DNA of 27,323 bases from an uncultured Gammaproteobacteria bacterium. Lineage in GTDB: Bacteria > Patescibacteriota > Patescibacteriia > CAYYDP01. The translations under genes were made by a program, and so were the position numbers. Below the pieces are notes generated by a model. It did no database searches. It saw nothing but the letters and a program-made list of their open reading frames with translations, and had not been told where the DNA came from. Below, piece by piece: positions 14,557-22,535 of this stretch (position 1 is the first letter of the stretch; the number at the start of each line of letters is the position of its first letter). The stretch lies in assembly GCA_964470645.1 (NCBI GenBank), contig CAYYDP010000016.1, positions 1 through 27,323 of the forward strand. Reading direction: 5' to 3'.

Positions 14557-16470
14557 ATGTCAAAGATTATTGGAATTGATTTAGGAACCACCAATTCTGC
14601 CATGGCGGCGGTGTTGGGTGGGGAACCCAAGGTCATTGAAAACATTGAAGGTGCACGAACCACACCGTCGGTGGTTGCGTTTACCAAAGCCTCGGAATGG
14701 GTTGTTGGTATTGCCGCAAAGCGGCAAGCGGTCACGAATCCAACCAACACGGTATATTCGGTGAAACGGTTGATCGGACGAAGATTTGATGATCCGGAAG
14801 TTCAGCGGGCAATGAAAACCTTGCCGTATAAGATTGTCCAAAAGGGCGAGGGGGTTGCGGTTGTTCTCGAGGGCAAGGAATATACGCCCCAGGAAATTTC
14901 CGCGAAAGTTTTGCAGAAACTCAAAGCCGACGCGGAAAAGAAACTCGGTGATACCGTAACGGAGGTAGTGATCACGGTTCCAGCGTATTTTGACGACGCG
15001 CAACGAAAAGCAACGAAGGAAGCGGGTGAGATTGCTGGGTTGACGGTAAAGCGCATTTTGAATGAGCCGACGGCTGCCGCCCTCGCGTACGGGTTTGACA
15101 AAAAGAAAGATCAAAAGATAGCCGTGTATGATCTCGGGGGAGGCACCTATGATATTTCCGTACTCGAAGTTTCATCCGATACGGTTGAAGTCCGCGCGAC
15201 AAACGGGGACACGCATCTCGGGGGAGATGATTTTGACCAGCGTGTCATTGACTGGATTTTGGAAGAGTTCAAAAAAGATCAGGGAATCGATCTTTCCAAA
15301 GATCCGTTAGCCCTGCAACGCATCAAAGAGGCCGCGGAAAAAGCGAAGATCGAACTCTCAACGCAGACCGAAGTTGAAATTAACCAGCCCTTTATCTCTT
15401 CTGGCGCGGAAGGTCCAAAGCACTTACTCATGAAGCTGTCCCGGGCAAAACTCGAATCACTCGTTGGCGATTTGGTTGAAAAAACATTGGAGCCCATGAA
15501 GAAGGCGCTTGCTGACGCAAAAATGTCCGTGTCTGACATCCAAGAAGTGGTGATGGTTGGAGGAATGACGAGGATGCCGAAAGTTGTTGAAACCGTTGAG
15601 AAGTTCTTTGGAAAGAAGCCGAATATGTCCGTGAATCCGGACGAGGTTGTCGCGGTGGGAGCCGCGGTTCAAGCGGGTATCTTGCAGGGTGATGTGAAAG
15701 ATGTGTTGCTCCTTGATGTTACTCCGTTAACACTTGGAATTGAAACACTGGGTGGTGTTTCAACGCCCATTATTAACCGCAACACAACAGTTCCAACGGC
15801 AAAGTCTCAAGTCTTCTCAACCGCGGCAGACAACCAGCCTTCGGTTGAAATTCATGTTCTGCAGGGAGAGCGTCCCATGGCAGCAGACAATAAGACGCTT
15901 GGACGGTTTATCTTGGATGGCATTCCACCAGCGCCACGCGGTGTTCCTCAGGTTGAAGTTACGTTTGATATTGATGCAAATGGGATTTTGTCCGTCACGG
16001 CGAAAGACAAAGCAACAAACAAATCCCAAAAGATTACCATTACCGCTTCAACGGGCCTTTCAAAAGACGAGATCGAGCGGATGAAAAAAGAGGCAGAGGC
16101 GCACGCGGAAGATGACAAGAAAAAACGAGAAATGATTGATTTGCGCAATAACGCAGATGCAATGGTATACTCAACAGAGAAAACGTTGAAAGAGGCTGGA
16201 GATAAAGTCCCTGCGGACGTTAAAAAAGATGTTGAGGAAAAGCTGGAGGCAGTGAAGAAGGTGAAAGACGGCGAAGACGCCGCGGGTTTGAAAACGGCGC
16301 TTGACGCGTTGTCGCAAACGATTCAGAAGATTGGATCAGCGATGTATGGGAAGCCCGGGGAACATGGGAGCAAGGGGGAAGGTGAGCAAGGAAATCCAAG
16401 TAACCAGCCGTCTGAGGAAAAAAAAGAAGAAGGAAAGACTGTTGAGGGGGAGTATGAGAAGAAGTCGTAA
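14557..16470 (+). CDS. dnaK: molecular chaperone DnaK (Hsp70)
   Basis: 637 aa with [31 protein letters not shown], a substrate-binding domain and a charged C-terminal tail. Confidence 0.98.
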   Translation: MSKIIGIDLGTTNSAMAAVLGGEPKVIENIEGARTTPSVVAFTKASEWVVGIAAKRQAVTNPTNTVYSVKRLIGRRFDDPEVQRAMKTLPYKIVQKGEGVAVVLEGKEYTPQEISAKVLQKLKADAEKKLGDTVTEVVITVPAYFDDAQRKATKEAGEIAGLTVKRILNEPTAAALAYGFDKKKDQKIAVYDLGGGTYDISVLEVSSDTVEVRATNGDTHLGGDDFDQRVIDWILEEFKKDQGIDLSKDPLALQRIKEAAEKAKIELSTQTEVEINQPFISSGAEGPKHLLMKLSRAKLESLVGDLVEKTLEPMKKALADAKMSVSDIQEVVMVGGMTRMPKVVETVEKFFGKKPNMSVNPDEVVAVGAAVQAGILQGDVKDVLLLDVTPLTLGIETLGGVSTPIINRNTTVPTAKSQVFSTAADNQPSVEIHVLQGERPMAADNKTLGRFILDGIPPAPRGVPQVEVTFDIDANGILSVTAKDKATNKSQKITITASTGLSKDEIERMKKEAEAHAEDDKKKREMIDLRNNADAMVYSTEKTLKEAGDKVPADVKKDVEEKLEAVKKVKDGEDAAGLKTALDALSQTIQKIGSAMYGKPGEHGSKGEGEQGNPSNQPSEEKKEEGKTVEGEYEKKS

Positions 16471-16486
16471 AGCGAGCGAAGCGGAG

Positions 16487-16521
16487 CCCCGCACTTCCGC
16501 CTGAGGCGGATAGTGCTGGGG
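16487..16521 (+). other. strong GC-rich stem-loop after dnaK (terminator-like, no U tract)
   Basis: ccccgcacttccgcc / ggcggatagtgctgggg gives about 15 bp with two single-nt bulges and a tga loop. Confidence 0.6.
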
Positions 16522-16524
16522 TCC

Positions 16525-16554
16525 TAAAGTCGAAAGTCTATAAAGTCGGAAAGC
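16525..16554. repeat. degenerate (N)AAAGTC heptamer array
   Basis: taaagtc gaaagtc ta taaagtc ggaaagc. The same motif forms the 17-bp tandem repeat at the clpB stop. Confidence 0.6.
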
Positions 16555-16569
16555 GAATTACTAATTGTT

Positions 16570-16863
16570 ATGGATCCAAAGAAAGTTTACAAACCCAAGA
16601 AACCCGAGGAGGTATATCCACGTTTAGATCCAAAAAAGATCTATAGGAGACTTGATCCGAAAGAAGTTTATGGTGGTGGGAAGCGTGATACGGTGCCAGA
16701 GACTGGCTTTGTTTCTATTGACGAGATTGTAAGCTTAGGTCAAGAAGATAAAGCGAATATTAAAAGAATATTGGAAGGGTTATCTCGCGCGGAGCAGCAA
16801 ATAATACTCGTCGCCATGAAAAAGCTAGATGATACAATTTTAGCTTGCCGAAAAGTGAAGTAA
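16570..16863 (+). CDS. hypothetical small protein with N-terminal (L)DPK(K/E)(V/I)Y repeats
   Basis: 97-aa ORF with three copies of a 9-aa motif (DNA repeats at 16573, 16627 and 16654) and a helical-looking C-terminal half. No family recognised. Confidence 0.45.
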   Translation: MDPKKVYKPKKPEEVYPRLDPKKIYRRLDPKEVYGGGKRDTVPETGFVSIDEIVSLGQEDKANIKRILEGLSRAEQQIILVAMKKLDDTILACRKVK

Positions 16864-16932
16864 AAATTTTACTAAGTCTAATCGGGTGCGTATTGCGGCG
16901 CGGTACGCCCTTCGTTAGTAATAAAAGCAAAT

Positions 16933-17035
16933 TGTCATTGCGAGCGAGTCCTGGAACAGAGTGATAGGATAGGGTCCAGTAATTGTGTGTTGAACTTTGG
17001 ATCCTATCGCTCCCATTGGTTGCTCCAGGATGACA
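16933..17035. repeat. 103-bp TGTCAT...ATGACA palindromic element
   Basis: tgtcattgcgagcgagtcctggaacagagtgataggat ... atcctatcgctcccattggttgctccaggatgaca. Intergenic. Confidence 0.8.
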
Positions 17036-17050
17036 CGAACTAATCTAGAG

Positions 17051-17155
17051 TGTCATGTTGGAACGGAGCGTAGCGGAGTGATAGCATCCAATTTTGTCTC
17101 GTGAGATGTGGATTCCATCCGCTATCGTACTACGTACTCCAGCGTCCAGAATGAC
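17051..17155. repeat. 105-bp TGTCAT...ATGAC palindromic element, diverged tandem neighbour
   Basis: tgtcatgttggaacggagcgtagcggagtgatagcatcca ... tggattccatccgctatcgtactacgtactccagcgtccagaatgac. Confidence 0.75.
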
Positions 17156-17189
17156 TACTTTTAAATTTAGGATGACAGCCAATATTATT

Positions 17190-17492
17190 ATGTCCAACAA
17201 CAATCAACAACAAATTCAAATCCAGGCAAAGCCGGAAGAACTTCAAGGTCATTATTCGAATTTTTTTCAGGTGACGCATTTGAGCCGCGAAGAATTCTTG
17301 CTTGATTTTTTGTTTTTAGACGGTCCGCGCGGTGTGGGAGCGTTATCGAGCAGAGTCATTGTAAGCCCCCAGCAGGCGAAGCGAGTGCTTGCCGCGCTGC
17401 AGGAGAATGTAAAGAATTATGAAGAAAAATTCGGCGCGATTGAAATGGGTCAGAAGCAGGAGGAGAAGGAAGTAGGGTTCAAAATACAATAA
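17190..17492 (+). CDS. DUF3467 family protein
   Basis: MSNNNQQQIQIQAKPEELQGHYSNFFQVTHLSREEFLLDFLF...SRVIVSPQQAKRVLAALQENVKNYEEKFG matches my recollection of the DUF3467 pattern. The track start at 17094 runs into the palindromic element, so ATG 17190 is used. Confidence 0.75.
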   Translation: MSNNNQQQIQIQAKPEELQGHYSNFFQVTHLSREEFLLDFLFLDGPRGVGALSSRVIVSPQQAKRVLAALQENVKNYEEKFGAIEMGQKQEEKEVGFKIQ

Positions 17493-17657
17493 ATCCGAAG
17501 CACGAAGTACGAAATACGAAAAAGAATGCAAATCTCAAATCTCAAAAGTCAAAATGTAAATGCAAAGTGCAAAATTCTCCATTTTGAATTATCATTTTGA
17601 TATTTGATGTTTGAATTTTGATATTGTTTCGAGTTTCGATATTCGAATTTCGGATTT
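17491..17657. repeat. 167-bp heptad-periodic palindrome, copy B (paralog of 13962-14135)
   Basis: It differs from copy A by about 3 substitutions, a 1-nt A-run indel and a 6-nt indel in the 3' arm. It starts on the DUF3467 stop codon and ends 7 nt before the dnaJ ATG. Confidence 0.9.
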
Positions 17658-17664
17658 TATAGTT

Positions 17665-18807
17665 ATGGCAAAGGATTACTATTCCATCCTGGGTGTTTCA
17701 AAAAGCGCGTCGCAAGACGAGATCAAGAAAGCGTTTCGAGCTCTCGCGCACAAGTATCATCCGGACAAAGGAACGGGTGATGAGGCGAAGTTCAAAGAGG
17801 TGAATGAGGCGTATCAGGTTCTTTCGGACGAAACGAAACGGCAACAGTATGACCAATACGGTCAGACGTTTGAAGATGCGCAGAGAAACGGAGGGGCTGG
17901 GTTTGGTGGGTTTGGCGGAGGACAAGGATTCCGGTGGGAAGACGTCGCTTCTCAATTCGGTGGACAGGGCGGGTTTCGTCAGGGGAATGTTGAGTTTGAT
18001 TTTGGAAATCTCAATGACGTGTTTGGGGATTTTTTTGGATTTGGCGGAGGTCGTTCCAGCACGGGGCAGCGAAGTGCTTCAAAACACGGGAGGGATTTGG
18101 AGATGTCGGTTGAACTCACGCTGGAGGAAGCATTTTTTGGTTTGAAAAAAGAATTATCGTTTGAGTCGTTTGAATTGTGTCATGAGTGCGATGGCAGCGG
18201 TGCGGATCGTACTGCGGGAACCAAAGCCTGTCACGCATGCAAAGGCTCGGGTGAAGTAGCCCATACTCAGCGCAGTGTGTTCGGAGTGTTTCAGACCCGT
18301 GGAATTTGTTCAACATGCGAAGGAGCTGGCGTGATTGTGGAGAAAGCGTGCACTGCGTGTAAGGGCAAAGGAAGAGTGCTTAAGAATCGGACATTGACTG
18401 TGAAGATTCCTGAAGGTGTTGAGGACGGAGTTTCCATCAGATTGCGCAACGAGGGTGAAGCGGGAGAGAAAGGCGCGGATGCGGGTGATTTGTATGTGAA
18501 AGTTCGAGTGAAGAATACGACCGAGTTTAAGCGATTGGGAGCTGATTTGGAATATCGGTTACCACTCCACATCACCGATGCTGCGCTCGGTACCAAAATA
18601 GATGTGAAATTATTTGACGAAGAAATTCGTGTGAAAGTGCCGGAGGGAACGCAGAGCGGAACTATCATTAAAATTAAAGGGAAAGGTATGCCCCATATGC
18701 AGTCGCGCGGACGGGGGGATTTGTTGGTGCGAGTCGATGTTGAGACACCGAAACATCTTTCAAAGAAGCAGAAAGAGTTGCTTGAGGAACTCAAGAGAGA
18801 ATCATGA
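17665..18807 (+). CDS. dnaJ: molecular chaperone DnaJ (type I Hsp40)
   Basis: J domain DYYSILGV...YHPDK, a G/F-rich linker, four CxxCxGxG zinc-finger motifs ([32 protein letters not shown]) and a C-terminal domain. The track start at 17611 lies inside the palindrome, so ATG 17665 (MAKDYY) is used. Confidence 0.95.
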   Translation: MAKDYYSILGVSKSASQDEIKKAFRALAHKYHPDKGTGDEAKFKEVNEAYQVLSDETKRQQYDQYGQTFEDAQRNGGAGFGGFGGGQGFRWEDVASQFGGQGGFRQGNVEFDFGNLNDVFGDFFGFGGGRSSTGQRSASKHGRDLEMSVELTLEEAFFGLKKELSFESFELCHECDGSGADRTAGTKACHACKGSGEVAHTQRSVFGVFQTRGICSTCEGAGVIVEKACTACKGKGRVLKNRTLTVKIPEGVEDGVSIRLRNEGEAGEKGADAGDLYVKVRVKNTTEFKRLGADLEYRLPLHITDAALGTKIDVKLFDEEIRVKVPEGTQSGTIIKIKGKGMPHMQSRGRGDLLVRVDVETPKHLSKKQKELLEELKRES

Positions 18808-18904
18808 AGCAAGAATCATGAATCATGGATATGGCAAGCGGAGCTTGCCTTTGGAAACACCGTCGTGTTTCCACGCATAATTCGTAATTCTTAATACTTG
18901 ATTC
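18799..18904. repeat. ~106-bp palindrome: GAATNNN heptad arms enclosing two perfect GC hairpins
   Basis: Left arm gaatcat gaagcaa gaatcat gaatcat. Hairpins ggcaagc-gga-gcttgcc (18833-49) and ggaaacac-cgtc-gtgtttcc (18853-72). Right arm cataatt cgtaatt cttaata cttgatt c. It overlaps the dnaJ stop. Confidence 0.75.
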
Positions 18905-18917
18905 AAGATCGTGTGAA

Positions 18918-19769
18918 ATGATACGAATCTTGGACAATTGGGTTACATCCGGATACGCGAATATGATTGGTAAAAAATATCTGAAGGTCTTCACTAACGC
19001 CATTCAAGAAACCCTTCAGTACCGGGTGAATTTTTTATTTGGGCGAATTACTAATTTAGTGGTACTTGTGTCAATGTATTTTCTTTGGATGAATGTGTTC
19101 GTGGATCCCGGCACGCAGTTTTTCGGATTTTCCAAGCCGGATATTATCACATACGTTCTTGGGGCTAGTGTTGTGTATGCGATTGTGTTTGTCCAATCCA
19201 TGAACCCAATCGCGTTTGAGATCGCCGATGGGGACTTGTCCAATTATCTCGTGAAACCGATAAGCTATTTCAAATATTGGTTTTCTCGAAACAACGCGGA
19301 GCGCGTTCTGCTCCTGGTCATGTCGTTTGTTGAAATTGGAATTATTTCATTGTTCATAGATCGTTCTATGATTGTGATTCAATCGGACGTTAGTGTCTTA
19401 TGTGTTTTTGTGGTTTCGGTGGTTTTGTCTGTTGTTACCTATCAGCTGATCGATTTTTTACTTGGGACAACCGCGTTTTGGTTCTATAAATCATTTGGTC
19501 CTCGATTCGCTATCCAAACCACGGTGATGCTTGCGTCTGGGTATTTGTTTCCGATGAGCGTTTTACCGACGTGGCTACGGACCCCACTTGAATTGACCCC
19601 GTTTCCTTACTTAGTAAATTTTCCGGTGCAGTTGTATTTGGGGAAACTGTCAGCGGAACAAATCGTGACAGGGTTTACCATTTTGGCGTGTTGGATTGTT
19701 GGACTGTTTGTCGTGTATCGTGTCACCTGGATGAAAGGGCTGAGGATGTTTGAAGGGGCGGGGAGGTAA
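18918..19769 (+). CDS. ABC-2 family transporter permease (COG4587/COG3694-type, DUF990-like)
   Basis: N-terminus KKYLKVFTNAIQETLQYRVNFLFG followed by about 6 TM helices. It is paired with a second permease and a COG4586-like ATPase nearby. An alternative ATG lies at 18963. Confidence 0.8.
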   Translation: MIRILDNWVTSGYANMIGKKYLKVFTNAIQETLQYRVNFLFGRITNLVVLVSMYFLWMNVFVDPGTQFFGFSKPDIITYVLGASVVYAIVFVQSMNPIAFEIADGDLSNYLVKPISYFKYWFSRNNAERVLLLVMSFVEIGIISLFIDRSMIVIQSDVSVLCVFVVSVVLSVVTYQLIDFLLGTTAFWFYKSFGPRFAIQTTVMLASGYLFPMSVLPTWLRTPLELTPFPYLVNFPVQLYLGKLSAEQIVTGFTILACWIVGLFVVYRVTWMKGLRMFEGAGR

Positions 19770-19850
19770 CCTCCCCTAACCCCTCCTTCATAAGGAGGGG
19801 ACAGTATAAAATGTTCTCCCCTTACGAAGGGGAGAATGTAAGAGGGGTTA
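19767..19850. repeat. 84-bp structured element, copy 1 (two stem-loops closed by an outer stem)
   Basis: It starts on the TAA stop. SL1 cccctcctt-cat-aaggagggg, SL2 ttctcccctt-acg-aaggggagaa, outer pairing aacccct/aggggtt. It ends 7 nt before ATG 19858. Confidence 0.85.
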
Positions 19851-19857
19851 TGGATTT

Positions 19858-20643
19858 ATGAAACGTTATTTGAGCCTATTTCTGCAACTTGCGAACATGG
19901 CGTTTGGGAGCGCAACGTCTTCGCAACTTGATTTTTGGTCATTTATCATCGGCAAGCTCATTCGGATGGCGATCTGGCTCACGTTGATTTATTCACTCTT
20001 CAATTTTACTGATTCTGTTGCCGGATTTTCCAAAGGACAGATGGTCATGATGTACGCGACCATGAACTTGATTGATGTGGTGGTTCAGGTGTTGTTTTAT
20101 CGAGGGTTTCAGGCACTGCAACACGAGGTGCGAAAAGGGAATTTTGATTTTGTACTCACGAAGCCGGTAAATCCCATCGCGCTTGTTGCCTTTCGATACG
20201 TGGATCTTATGGATATTGTAACCCTACCATTTTCCATTGCAGTGTTGGTCTATGGAATTTCTTTGGTTGGGAGCGTTTCGTTGATGAATGTTGTCTTATA
20301 TGCGCTTCTTGTTATGAATGGGCTTGTTATTATTTTAGGGTTGTGTTTGATTTTCGGAGGTTTGACGTTTTACACCACGCAGATGGAAAATATTTGGTGG
20401 TTCTACCGCTACGGAATGCAGGTAGCTAGGTTTCCGGTTGATATTTATTCTGGGTTTTTTAGATTTTTCTTTACCTATGTCCTACCCATGGCGTTTATCG
20501 TAACCTTTCCTGCGAAAGCGTATTTTGGTGTTCTTTCATTGCCGTTTTATGTGTATTCATTTATTCTTTCAGTGGGTTTGGTGTTGTTCGGAGTTTGGTT
20601 TTGGAACCACGCGGTCGCCAGGTACCAAAGCGCAAGCTCCTAA
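19858..20643 (+). CDS. ABC-2 family transporter permease, second subunit
   Basis: 261 aa with about 6 TM helices and the same architecture as the preceding gene. Confidence 0.8.
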   Translation: MKRYLSLFLQLANMAFGSATSSQLDFWSFIIGKLIRMAIWLTLIYSLFNFTDSVAGFSKGQMVMMYATMNLIDVVVQVLFYRGFQALQHEVRKGNFDFVLTKPVNPIALVAFRYVDLMDIVTLPFSIAVLVYGISLVGSVSLMNVVLYALLVMNGLVIILGLCLIFGGLTFYTTQMENIWWFYRYGMQVARFPVDIYSGFFRFFFTYVLPMAFIVTFPAKAYFGVLSLPFYVYSFILSVGLVLFGVWFWNHAVARYQSASS

Positions 20644-20727
20644 CCTCCCCTAACCCCTCCTTCGTAAGGAGGGGACAGTAGGAAAGAGTGTCTCCCCCTT
20701 ACGAAGGGGGAGATGCAAGAGGGGGTT
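20641..20727. repeat. 87-bp structured element, copy 2
   Basis: taacctcccctaacccctccttcgtaaggagggg...tctcccccttacgaagggggaga...agagggggtt. It again starts exactly on the TAA stop of the permease. Confidence 0.85.
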
Positions 20728-20740
20728 TGTGTTTCGAGTT

Positions 20741-21517
20741 ATGACCAATATTTTCATCATCAACGGTTACGGAGTCCCAAAGGACATCTTCAAAGATGAT
20801 AATTATCATTTTTATTTGAACATGGTATTTAATCAGATTTGGTGGTTCGACAGGGCTCACCATGACAAAAAAGAGAATGTCACCCTGAGCTTGTCGAAGG
20901 GAGGCAATAATGTACTTATCATTTTTAGTGGTGGAAAGACGGATTGTTTTCCTCCATACCGTCGAACGGAAGCGGGGGAGATGAAGAAACTATTTTTGCA
21001 TATCATGAATCGGGATTCAGTGAAAGAAACTACGAAACATTGGACAATCGTTACGCAAACAAAGTCATTGACGACGGTTGAGAATTTGGTGTATGGGAGA
21101 GAACTAATATATTCCCTGAGCGGAGGTTCTGCGAAGTCGAAAGGTCTCCATTATGGAAGCTCTGCGACAAGCTCAGAGAGTATTAATGTTTCTTACTTCT
21201 GCGAGTCTACCCGTTTTGAGCGATCGCACATTTTGAGTAGAAAAGTTTTTCTCAAAGCGTGGAACCCAACCGTGATTCCTATTGATTTTGACGTCTCCCC
21301 ACAACGATATCTGAATGAAGCATTATTGAATGCCCGTGAGAAAAAGGCGCTGGAGTATGAGTTGTGGGCGTTAAAGAGTTCAAAGAATCTGAAAGCGTGG
21401 AGAGAGGTGTATCAGGAACGCATCAAATTCTTACGAAATGCAGGACAAAAGGCGAATCACGAAGCCGTCAAAGAGTGGTTGGAGAAGAGGTTGGTGAGTT
21501 TGCCAATTCCGAAATAA
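20741..21517 (+). CDS. DUF218/YdcF-like protein carrying an in-frame repeat insertion
   Basis: IIFSGGKT...RRTEAGEMKK...TKSLTTVENLVYG resembles the DUF218 motifs (SGG, EA..M, S.nT.eN). The track start at 20729 is GTG, and ATG 20741 is used. Confidence 0.65.
   Translation: MTNIFIINGYGVPKDIFKDDNYHFYLNMVFNQIWWFDRAHHDKKENVTLSLSKGGNNVLIIFSGGKTDCFPPYRRTEAGEMKKLFLHIMNRDSVKETTKHWTIVTQTKSLTTVENLVYGRELIYSLSGGSAKSKGLHYGSSATSSESINVSYFCESTRFERSHILSRKVFLKAWNPTVIPIDFDVSPQRYLNEALLNAREKKALEYELWALKSSKNLKAWREVYQERIKFLRNAGQKANHEAVKEWLEKRLVSLPIPK
20844..20901. repeat. head-to-head pair of GTCAY stem-loop units inside the DUF218 CDS
   Basis: ggttcgacagggctcaccatgaca aaaaagagaa tgtcaccctgagcttgtcgaaggg. These are the same two unit types as upstream of dnaK but with heads facing inward. 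They encode WFDRAHHDKKENVTLSLSKG. Confidence 0.8.
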
Positions 21518-22489
21518 TTATTTTTTCAAAAAAATTTGTTTCACGACTTCTTCAATCGGTACATCTTCAATGGAAAGATCGGCTACGGGAAGGGAGGAGA
21601 GAATGAGGGACGTTGATTCGTTGATCTTGTTTTTTTGGATTTCAAATGCGATCGATGTTTCTGAATGAGTAATGACGGTTCCGATCTCTTTTGGAGTATT
21701 TGTTATGGGTTTTGAAAGTTGGACGTTGACACGTTTAAAATTTGCATAGGTATTCACAAGATCGGCAAGAAGTCCGTCGTAGACGATACTTCCTTCGTTG
21801 ATAACGATGATCCGTTTGCAAAGTGCTTCCACATCCTTCATGTAATGGCTTGTAAGAATAATGGTGGTTTTCGTTTCTTCGTTGTGTTTGCGGATGAATT
21901 TGCGGATTTCATCTTGCGAGATGATATCAAGTCCGATTGTTGGTTCATCGAGGAATAGTACCTTTGGTCCATGAAGCAGCGCGCCTATGAGCTCCATTTT
22001 CATGCGTTCACCAAGCGAGAGTTTGCGGATGGGGATGTTGAGAAGTTTCTGAACAGCAAGGAGTGTTACAAGTTCGTTTTTTCTTCGTTCAAAGTCTCCT
22101 GTTGGAATTTCATAAATTTCTTTATTGAGCTCAAACGAATCAGAAGCTGGCAAATCCCACCAGAGCTGGTTCTTTTGTCCCATGACGAGTGAGAACTGCT
22201 TTTGAAACGCTGGTTCTCGTTTCGCGGGATTGTGACCCAAGACCGACATTTCCCCTGAAGTTGGCGTCAAGATTCCAGAAAGCATCTTGAGCGTTGTGGT
22301 CTTGCCGGCACCATTTGGTCCCAAAAAACCAACAAGCTCACCTTCACTGATTGAAAAAGAAATGCTTTTCACTGCCTGAACTTGGATTTCCTCACGGTGA
22401 AACAGGCTTTTTAAGGATGCAGCAAATCCGGGAGCTTTTTTATAGGAAACGTAGGTTTTTGAGAGATTGAAAGCCTCGATTGCGTTCAT
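21518..22489 (-). CDS. ABC transporter ATP-binding protein (COG4586-like)
   Basis: Walker A GPNGAGKTT, signature LSLGERMK, Walker B VLFLDEPT, H-loop TSH. Convergent with the DUF218 gene, with the two stop codons abutting. Confidence 0.93.
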   Translation of the reverse strand: MNAIEAFNLSKTYVSYKKAPGFAASLKSLFHREEIQVQAVKSISFSISEGELVGFLGPNGAGKTTTLKMLSGILTPTSGEMSVLGHNPAKREPAFQKQFSLVMGQKNQLWWDLPASDSFELNKEIYEIPTGDFERRKNELVTLLAVQKLLNIPIRKLSLGERMKMELIGALLHGPKVLFLDEPTIGLDIISQDEIRKFIRKHNEETKTTIILTSHYMKDVEALCKRIIVINEGSIVYDGLLADLVNTYANFKRVNVQLSKPITNTPKEIGTVITHSETSIAFEIQKNKINESTSLILSSLPVADLSIEDVPIEEVVKQIFLKK

Positions 22490-22535
22490 AGTGTTTTCAT
22501 CATAGAATACATCTATGTCTTAGACAAGTAAAAAT

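Noticed and set aside
14581-15114. Long antisense or alternative-frame ORFs inside well-supported genes. Examples: 14581..15114 and 14802..15101 in dnaK; 25866..26336 and 26077..26553 in clpB; 7029..7475 and 8481..8903 in the kinase; 18291..18812 in dnaJ; 5750..6109 and 6179..6532 in the methyltransferase.
   Set aside because: These are shadow ORFs opposite or overlapping genes with strong family motifs. Their translations are low-complexity and carry no recognisable domains.
19767-19850. Cloverleaf-like 84/87-bp elements considered as tRNA or another known small RNA
   Set aside because: They have only two hairpins plus a closing stem and no T-loop or anticodon features. Both copies begin on a stop codon, so a repeat or regulatory structure is more likely. 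An Rfam search would still be worthwhile.
20844-20866. tRNA 3'-end resemblance of the GTCAT units on their reverse strand (GGTTCGA...CACCA)
   Set aside because: The flanks of the TTCGACA loop do not form a T-stem, and there is no acceptor, anticodon or D arm. The similarity is limited to a short motif.
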